From an uncultured Gammaproteobacteria bacterium (GTDB lineage Bacteria > Patescibacteriota > Patescibacteriia > UBA9934 > CAZDDW01), in the NCBI GenBank assembly GCA_964480695.1, contig CAYZPO010000002.1, positions 1 to 37,388 on the forward strand: 37,388 bases of DNA, given 5' to 3'. A program made the translations under genes and the position numbers. The notes beneath the pieces are model-generated. The model was not told where the DNA came from. It saw only the letters and a list, made by a program, of their open reading frames with translations, and did no database searches. This document shows positions 31,837-37,388 of the stretch, piece by piece (the stretch's first letter is position 1; each line of letters opens with the position of its first letter).

Positions 31837-33456
31837 ATGATTTTAAAACTCCTTAACGGCAAATCAAAAACTATTGCCAGCGCTGCCGCGCTGGTTGCCT
31901 TTATGTCTTTTGTGTCGCGTTTAGTCGGGTTATTGCGAGATCGCATTCTGGCTGGTGAGTTTGGGGCAGGGGATACTCTCGACATTTATTATGCTGCTTT
32001 TAAGGTCCCAGACCTTATTTTTACTTTGCTCGTAACCGGCGTGCTCTCTGCCAGTTTTATCCCATTGTTTACCAAACGTCTCTTGGCCGGAAACGCTCGT
32101 CGTGCTGCTTGGCAGTTAACCAATAATGTGATCAATATTATTGGGATCAGCTTTATTGTTATTGCTATCCTGGGAATGATTTTTGCTCACCCGATTAGTA
32201 CCTGGATCGCTCCTGGATTTGAAGCAGACAAACAAGAGATGGTGGCTCAGTTCACGCGAGTCATGTTTATCTCTAACTTCTTGCTTGCGCTCTCAACCGT
32301 ATTCGGTAGCGCCCTTCAGGGCTTGAAACGTTTCTTGATTTTCTCGCTTGCGCCAGTGCTGTATAACGTGGGAATTATTGTTGGTGTTCTGCTCTTTGTT
32401 GATTGGTTTGGTCTGATCGGTTTGGCCTGGGGTGTTGTCTTTGGAGCCCTTTTGCATCTTCTTACCCAACTTGTTGGGGTTATAAAAACCGGATATCGCT
32501 ATCACTGGACCTGGAACACTAAGGATCCGGACACGCGCGAAGTCGGTCGTTTAATGATTCCGCGGGCACTTGGACTTGGTATCTGGCAGATTAATTTTAT
32601 TATCATGACCATTATTGCCTCGACTTTAGCAGTGGGCTCGGTTACAGTTTTCCAATTTGCGTTCAACCTTGAGTATTTTGCCATTGGCATCTTTGGTGTT
32701 TCATTTGCTATCGCTGCTTTTCCAACGTTGTCTGAGTTTGCTGAAGCAGGGAAGACTGAGAAGTTTATTGCTGCTTTTTCTAACACGGCCCGACAGATTT
32801 TGTTTTTTATTGTCCCAGCCTCGCTTTTGTTCTTGATCTTGCGCGCTCAGATCGTGCGTGTTGTGCTTGGGTCCGGAGTGTTTAGTTGGGAGGACACGGT
32901 TCTAACGGCTGACGTCTTAGCTTTCTTTGCTCTTAGCTTCTTTGCCCAGGCTTTAATTTTCTTACTCGTGCGCGGCTACTTTGCTTATCGCGACACAATC
33001 ACACCGCTCTACACTGGAATAGTGTCCGCAATTGTTAACGTCTTTGCAGCTCTGTACTTTACGAAGCAGTTTGGAGTTGCTGGTCTTGGTCTGGCCTACT
33101 CACTTTGGGCTGTAGTTAACATGGCTTTGCTTTGGATTCCGCTAAGAACTCGCGTTGGCCACCTTGATGAGGTCAACATCTTACGCTCGTTATTTAAAAT
33201 CACGACCGCAGGGATCGTGGCTGGGATCGTGATGCAGATTATGAAGTCTGTCGTGGTCCAGTTCATCACTCTCGACACCTTCTGGGCTGTACTTGCTCAG
33301 GGACTAATTGCTGGTGGACTCGGACTTATGACCTACGTTTTGATCGCGTACCTGCTGCGAAGTCCCGAACTCGAGGATGTGGTCACCGGCATCAAGATCC
33401 GTTTCTTAAAGAAGGCCAAACCAGAAGAAACCATTTCCGAAGCCACCGGAGTATAA
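31837..33456 (+). CDS. murJ: Lipid II flippase MurJ (MviN family)
   Basis: SRLVGLLRDRILAGEFGAGDTLDIYYAAFKVPD is the signature N-terminus. About 14 hydrophobic segments; 539 aa. Confidence 0.88.
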   Translation: MILKLLNGKSKTIASAAALVAFMSFVSRLVGLLRDRILAGEFGAGDTLDIYYAAFKVPDLIFTLLVTGVLSASFIPLFTKRLLAGNARRAAWQLTNNVINIIGISFIVIAILGMIFAHPISTWIAPGFEADKQEMVAQFTRVMFISNFLLALSTVFGSALQGLKRFLIFSLAPVLYNVGIIVGVLLFVDWFGLIGLAWGVVFGALLHLLTQLVGVIKTGYRYHWTWNTKDPDTREVGRLMIPRALGLGIWQINFIIMTIIASTLAVGSVTVFQFAFNLEYFAIGIFGVSFAIAAFPTLSEFAEAGKTEKFIAAFSNTARQILFFIVPASLLFLILRAQIVRVVLGSGVFSWEDTVLTADVLAFFALSFFAQALIFLLVRGYFAYRDTITPLYTGIVSAIVNVFAALYFTKQFGVAGLGLAYSLWAVVNMALLWIPLRTRVGHLDEVNILRSLFKITTAGIVAGIVMQIMKSVVVQFITLDTFWAVLAQGLIAGGLGLMTYVLIAYLLRSPELEDVVTGIKIRFLKKAKPEETISEATGV

Positions 33457-33478
33457 AAATAGTTTATAAAAAGTTTTT

Positions 33479-33513
33479 CGCCGCACCCGAGGAGCCAGGT
33501 GCGGCGTTGTTGT
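33479..33513. terminator. Hairpin shared by the convergent murJ and HD genes
   Basis: CGCCGCACC-N10-GGTGCGGCG followed by TTGTTGT on the plus strand, and by an A/T-rich stretch on the minus strand. Confidence 0.5.
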
Positions 33514-33523
33514 TGACGAAAGA

Positions 33524-34303
33524 TCAGTCCTGTTCCTGGGCCACTGTCTCGCCAGGCTGCTCGATCCATTGACCTTCATGTTGGTCCAGTAGGGCTTGGA
33601 ACCAGGCTCGAACATCCTCGGTCCAGACCTCATCCCCGAAGCCAGGAAGATCTCGCGCCAGACGATCCAGGTGTTGTACCTGGTGGCGCAGAGTCTGAAT
33701 CAGGATCACTTTGTTGCCTCGCTCTTGGAATTGCTCCAGAGCGTAGATGACATAGTCCCAGCGCTCTACCGCTTCGAAGAACAAGGCCTCGGTGCGATGT
33801 TGTTCTGCTAGTTCTTTGAGGGCCGAACGTGTCTCTCTTGGGAAGTGTCCCCACTCCTTCAGGCAGAACTGGAGCAGGAAGGCACGCTGGAACAGAACGA
33901 ACTCGTCGTCAGGGAGCTGAGAGAAGCGCCTGGCGAACACTTCGTACTCTCGAAGGTCCAGCGCAGCATCCTTATCGATGTAGAGTACATCCAGTTCTGT
34001 CTCACCCTCACCGTGGTCATGCACGTGAACTGCCGTGAAGATCAGTTCAGTATCCAAACTCGTGTAGCGACGAAGGCGCTTGGACAGGACGATAGCCAGG
34101 AAAGTGATCGCGTGTGTGTGCTGGAGAGAGTTCTGTGGCCGAGCACCACGCCCACTCTTGATGAATTTCTTCCATCGAGTCGCCTCAGGAAGTCCGGTTT
34201 GTCCAGCACGCCAGACGTCTAGCGTGTCGAGCCAGAGTTGGCTGGGAAAACCCATGCTGTATCCCTTCAGTTCAGGATTGTATCGACGAATAAGTCTTAC
34301 CAT
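33524..34303 (-). CDS. HD-domain phosphohydrolase, YfbR-like (5'-deoxynucleotidase-type HD_3)
   Basis: QNSLQHTHAITFLAIVL ... FTAVHVHDHGEGETELD ... ERWDYVIYALEQ gives the H...HD..E...D pattern. The start is uncertain: there is no SD at 34303, and an alternative ATG at 34255 is preceded by AAGGGA. Confidence 0.6.
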   Translation of the reverse strand: MVRLIRRYNPELKGYSMGFPSQLWLDTLDVWRAGQTGLPEATRWKKFIKSGRGARPQNSLQHTHAITFLAIVLSKRLRRYTSLDTELIFTAVHVHDHGEGETELDVLYIDKDAALDLREYEVFARRFSQLPDDEFVLFQRAFLLQFCLKEWGHFPRETRSALKELAEQHRTEALFFEAVERWDYVIYALEQFQERGNKVILIQTLRHQVQHLDRLARDLPGFGDEVWTEDVRAWFQALLDQHEGQWIEQPGETVAQEQD

Positions 34304-34311
34304 GTTTTAGA

Positions 34312-34360
34312 ATTTTAAACAAAAAGAAGAACTCGGCCTGTCCGCAAGGGGACGGCCGAG
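34312..34360 (-). terminator. Minus-strand rho-independent terminator between the 149-aa gene and the HD gene
   Basis: On the minus strand: CUCGGCCGUCC-ccuugc-GGACAGGCCGAG (11 bp with one bulge) followed by UUCUUCUUUUUGUUU. Confidence 0.55.
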
Positions 34361-34392
34361 CCGTGGAGAGAAGTGCCCGTGCGGTGCTTGTT

Positions 34393-34842
34393 TTAGTCTC
34401 GAACGAGATAGATCACCCGTTCGGGTGGAATCGATTTTCCAGCTCGAAGGATGATGTAAGAAAGTTCTTTGTGCCCGCGTTCGTTAGGAGCTTCGTAGAA
34501 AGCAGCAACCAGCACTTGCCGGCGCAGTTTATACATCCTGTGTGAATATCTGGCCAGACCCGGTCTGGGCTTTCGTGGAAATCGTTGTCGAGCCCTTTTC
34601 ACCACCTCATCGTATAAAGGACGGAAACGCATGGAACACGGTCCAGCATTGATTCCGGCTCCTTCGAACAAGATCGGCCTACCGTACCCTCGCTGTTCCG
34701 CGTCTTCCAGGACCTCCAAGATGAGCTTGTCCAACTCGCTAGTCTTGATGCGAATCAGCGCCCGAAAGGTCAGCCCCAGGACCAAACTAGTCAGGTAGAT
34801 CGCAGCTATGGTGGCAGGTCCTAGGACTATTTCAGTCAACAC
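34393..34842 (-). CDS. Hypothetical membrane-anchored basic protein (149 aa)
   Basis: GTG start 5 nt after the upstream stop. N-terminal TM segment (GPATIAAIYLTSLVLGLTF) and an Arg/Lys-rich body. I recognise no family. Confidence 0.45.
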   Translation of the reverse strand: MLTEIVLGPATIAAIYLTSLVLGLTFRALIRIKTSELDKLILEVLEDAEQRGYGRPILFEGAGINAGPCSMRFRPLYDEVVKRARQRFPRKPRPGLARYSHRMYKLRRQVLVAAFYEAPNERGHKELSYIILRAGKSIPPERVIYLVRD

Positions 34843-34847
34843 AATCT

Positions 34848-35207
34848 TCAGAGGTCATCGGACGGTCGGATTTCGAACGAAGTCGCGACGTATCCGACTG
34901 CGGTGTAGTCATTGCCGGGGCGAACTGTGATCTCTGCTTTTTGCTTGAGTAGGTGAATCTGCACATTGATCCACTGTCCACTAAACGGGAGAGAGCCTTC
35001 TGTAACCTCGACTAAAAGGTACAGATCGCCATTCAGTCCCGTTGTTCTGGTGTCATGGACAGTGCCGCTGATAGTCTCTCGTTCACAAACAACAGTCACG
35101 TACTGGCCGATAGGTTCTCTAGCCATGTTTGTGATTGATCGGGTGAGCTGGGCGAATTTGGCATCGAGCCTCACGGTCTGCATGCTGACAGGCATATTTC
35201 TGCTCAT
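34848..35207 (-). CDS. Hypothetical protein (119 aa), probably beta-rich
   Basis: ATG at 35207 preceded by a strong SD (ccaGGAGGAcaccctt). I recognise no family. Confidence 0.5.
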   Translation of the reverse strand: MSRNMPVSMQTVRLDAKFAQLTRSITNMAREPIGQYVTVVCERETISGTVHDTRTTGLNGDLYLLVEVTEGSLPFSGQWINVQIHLLKQKAEITVRPGNDYTAVGYVATSFEIRPSDDL

Positions 35208-35273
35208 AAGGGTGTCCTCCTGGCTGATAAGTTACGTTAGCTTAGATTTTTGGGCCTGTCAAACTAGAGGAGC

Positions 35274-35302
35274 TTTACCTTTTGAGCTCGTTTCTTTATA
35301 CT
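35274..35302 (+). promoter_or_regulatory. Predicted alaS promoter TTTACC-17-TATACT; the -10 ends 6 nt before the ATG
   Basis: Hexamers at 35274-35279 and 35297-35302. There is no SD before the ATG at 35309. Confidence 0.35.
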
Positions 35303-35308
35303 ATCTGC

Positions 35309-37120
35309 ATGACTGTTGATAAATTAAGGCAGGAATATTTAAAATTTTTTAAGCAGAAGGGACACAAGATCATCCCTTCGGCTTCTTTGGTTCCAGAGAA
35401 TGATCCTACGTCTTTGTTCATTAGCTCAGGCATGCAACCGATCATGCCTTACTTATTAGGCGAGTCACATCCAGAAGGGAAGCGTCTAGCTAATTCGCAG
35501 AAATGCTTCCGTATGGAGGATATTGATGAGGTTGGGGATAATCGTCACACCACGTTTTTTGAAATGCTTGGTAACTGGTCTCTTGGAGACTACTTCAAGG
35601 CTGAACAGATTCCTTGGGTGTTTGAGTTTTTGACCAAGGAGATCGGACTTGATCCGAACCGCCTCTATGTCACTTGTTATGAAGGAAATGACAAGATCGG
35701 AATCCTTAAGGACGAGGAAGCAGCTAAACTCTGGGTCGAGCAATTCGAAGCTGCTGGAGTTGATGCAAGTGACCGAGTTTCATATTATGGAGACGATAAG
35801 AACTGGTGGTCGCGTGCTGGAGCTCCAAGTGAAATGCCAGAAGGTGAGCCAGGCGGACCTGACTCTGAAATTTTTTGGGACTTTGATCCTGATGCCAAAT
35901 TGGGAATTCATAAGAGCTCGGTGTTTGCGAAGCAGAAGTGTCATACTAACTGTGACTGTGGTCGTTATTCCGAAATCGGCAACAGCGTGTTCATGGAATA
36001 CGTGAAAACAAAGAAAGGGTTTGAGCCGTTGCCAAATAAGAACATCGACTTTGGGGGCGGTCTTGAACGTATGGTTGCAGCTGTTAATGATGATCCAGAT
36101 ATTTTTAAAATCAATGTTTTCGAACAAGCGCGAACTAAGCTCGAGGAAATTTCTGGTCTAAAATACGATCAGGATGAAGAAACAACCAAGGCTTTTCGGG
36201 TTATTCTTGACCATTTACGAGCGGTGATGTTCCTGATCGCTAACTGGCTAGAGCCTTCAAACAAGGATCAAGGCTACTTTATACGACGTTTGATTCGTCG
36301 TGCTGTGCGTTACGGACACCAGCTTGGGATCGAACAGAATTTTTGTGAACAAGTTGCAGAAAAGTATAACGAACCATATTGTGGATATTACAAAGAAATG
36401 AATTATGATATTACGGTTACGAATCAAATTCACAAAGAAGAAGTGAAATTTAGGTCAACGTTAGTTCAAGGGTTAAAAGAAATGAAAAAGTTTGGAAACA
36501 AGATGACAGTTACAGATGCGTTCTATTTGTACCAGTCATTTGGTTTTCCTTTAGAAATGATAAATGAAGAGTTGGGAGGAGATGTGATTTCTGAAAAAGA
36601 GTTTAAAAAAGAGTTTGAGAAACATCAGAAGTTGTCGCGAGCAGGCGCAGAACAGAAATTCAAAGGTGGGTTGGCTGATCGGAGTGAAATAACAACTAAG
36701 TATCACACGGCGACGCACCTGTTACACCAGGCGTTGCGACAAGTTTTAGGAGATCATGTTAAACAGCGCGGTAGTAACATCACAGACAAGCGTTTGCGAT
36801 TCGATTTTTCACATTCAGAAAAAATGACTGATGAGCAAAAACAGGAGGTCGAGCGAATAGTCAACGAAGCAATCGAAGCGGATCTGCCAGTCAGTGTCGA
36901 AGAAATGACTGTTGAAGAGGCTAAAAAAGCAGGCGCAATCGGGCTGTTCGAAGCCAAATATGGAGATAAAGTTAAGGTTTATTCGATTGGGGATAACTCT
37001 AAAGAAATCTGCGGAGGACCACATGTTGAGCGTACTGGCAAGCTCGGACATTTCCACATAAAAAAGGAACAAGCCTCATCTGCTGGAATTCGGCGGATCA
37101 AGGCTGTACTTGATAAATAA
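35309..37120 (+). CDS. alaS: Alanine--tRNA ligase, short form lacking the C-terminal coiled-coil/C-Ala region
   Basis: I prefer the ATG at 35309 (MTVDKLRQEYLKFFKQKGHKIIPSASLVPENDPTSLF...). Editing-domain motifs HTATHLLHQAL and CGGPHV are present. The protein ends ~20 aa after the editing core (603 aa). Confidence 0.9.
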   Translation: MTVDKLRQEYLKFFKQKGHKIIPSASLVPENDPTSLFISSGMQPIMPYLLGESHPEGKRLANSQKCFRMEDIDEVGDNRHTTFFEMLGNWSLGDYFKAEQIPWVFEFLTKEIGLDPNRLYVTCYEGNDKIGILKDEEAAKLWVEQFEAAGVDASDRVSYYGDDKNWWSRAGAPSEMPEGEPGGPDSEIFWDFDPDAKLGIHKSSVFAKQKCHTNCDCGRYSEIGNSVFMEYVKTKKGFEPLPNKNIDFGGGLERMVAAVNDDPDIFKINVFEQARTKLEEISGLKYDQDEETTKAFRVILDHLRAVMFLIANWLEPSNKDQGYFIRRLIRRAVRYGHQLGIEQNFCEQVAEKYNEPYCGYYKEMNYDITVTNQIHKEEVKFRSTLVQGLKEMKKFGNKMTVTDAFYLYQSFGFPLEMINEELGGDVISEKEFKKEFEKHQKLSRAGAEQKFKGGLADRSEITTKYHTATHLLHQALRQVLGDHVKQRGSNITDKRLRFDFSHSEKMTDEQKQEVERIVNEAIEADLPVSVEEMTVEEAKKAGAIGLFEAKYGDKVKVYSIGDNSKEICGGPHVERTGKLGHFHIKKEQASSAGIRRIKAVLDK

Positions 37121-37158
37121 GCTAAAATAAGCTTAAAAAATTTACGAGAATAAAAAAC

Positions 37159-37187
37159 TTGACAGAAATCTGAAATAAGCATAAAAT
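37159..37187 (+). promoter_or_regulatory. Predicted promoter TTGACA-17-TAAAAT upstream of infA
   Basis: Perfect -35 at 37159-37164, a 17-nt spacer, and -10 at 37182-37187. Confidence 0.5.
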
Positions 37188-37258
37188 AGGCGCGCTCTGC
37201 ATTATCCACATAGGGCTTGCCAATTTTTAGCTTATTTGATAGAATTCTGGCACAAATT

Positions 37259-37388
37259 ATGGCTGCAAAAAGCACTAAGGAATTTATTGAAGCGCGGGGC
37301 ACAGTGGAAGAATTGCTTCCATCAACCACCTTCAAAGTAAGACTTGAAAACGACCAAGTAGTTACAGCTCATCTTTCAGGGAGGATGC
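37259..37388 (+). CDS. infA: Translation initiation factor IF-1, 3' end outside the window
   Basis: [43 protein letters not shown] matches the IF-1 S1-fold N-terminus (GTV.E.LPN..F.V.LENG..V.AH.SGKM). Confidence 0.9.
   Translation, partial: MAAKSTKEFIEARGTVEELLPSTTFKVRLENDQVVTAHLSGRM

Noticed and set aside
33829-34310. Plus-strand ORFs of 69-125 aa (33829-34038, 33845-34222, 34080-34310) and the minus-strand ORFs at 33406-33633 and 33630-33854.
   Set aside because: All of them overlap the HD-domain gene, whose frame carries the H...HD...D motif pattern. Their translations are Arg/Pro/Gly-rich, as is typical of off-frame reading of GC-rich DNA.
35282-35308. The track's upstream alternative start for alaS (MSSFLYTIC...).
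   Set aside because: The conserved AlaRS N-terminus begins at the ATG at 35309 (MTVDKLRQEYLKFFKQKGH). The upstream codons overlap the predicted promoter.

Overview
This is a 37.4-kb, gene-dense bacterial window. Genes overlap or are translationally coupled, intergenic spacers are mostly 0-100 nt, and few genes have a Shine-Dalgarno (SD) sequence. The standard genetic code works throughout. The style (giant repeat surface protein, short AlaRS, reduced spacing) suggests a Patescibacteria/CPR-like reduced genome, but that assignment is inference only.

Layout:
1. nt 1-14193: the 3' part of a giant (>4,700 aa) surface protein. It has duplicated Gly-rich modules followed by 33 tandem Ig-like modules of four families. 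It is translationally coupled to two membrane-anchored alpha/beta-hydrolase paralogs and a UgtP/MGDG-synthase-like glycosyltransferase.
2. Riboflavin kinase, ribE and ribH, convergent with a RimK-type ATP-grasp gene that carries a GC-rich in-frame insertion.
3. GC-rich island 1 (about 20.94-22.99 kb): a small membrane peptide, a lipoprotein, about 0.9 kb with no ORF of 60 aa or more that has its own promoter and terminator on the minus strand (candidate ~550-nt structured RNA), a 22-bp perfect palindrome between divergent promoters, and a small acidic protein.
4. Split thioredoxin-like/VKOR disulfide system, then a beta-CASP MBL nuclease.
5. Minus-strand operon: m5U RNA methyltransferase, era, FecR-like protein.
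6. Coupled operon: GT2, PEP-mobile-domain protein, CYTH, NDT-like protein.
7. CARDB/TSP3/PKD surface protein, then murJ.
8. GC-rich island 2 (about 33.5-35.2 kb): three minus-strand genes (a YfbR-like HD hydrolase plus two unknowns).
9. Short alaS and the start of infA.

A perfect 32-bp inverted repeat pair (15687-15718 and 31803-31834) brackets 16 kb of this layout. I recognised no rRNA, tRNA, CRISPR array, transposase, integrase or reverse transcriptase.

Best candidates for something undescribed:
- the promoter/terminator-bounded RNA locus and its palindromic operator in island 1
- the three-gene HD cassette in island 2
- the 32-bp long-range inverted repeat
- the giant Cys-bearing adhesin with its hydrolases and the nearby VKOR system

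Promoter and terminator calls, fold assignments and all functional links are predictions from reading the sequence. Nothing was searched against a database.
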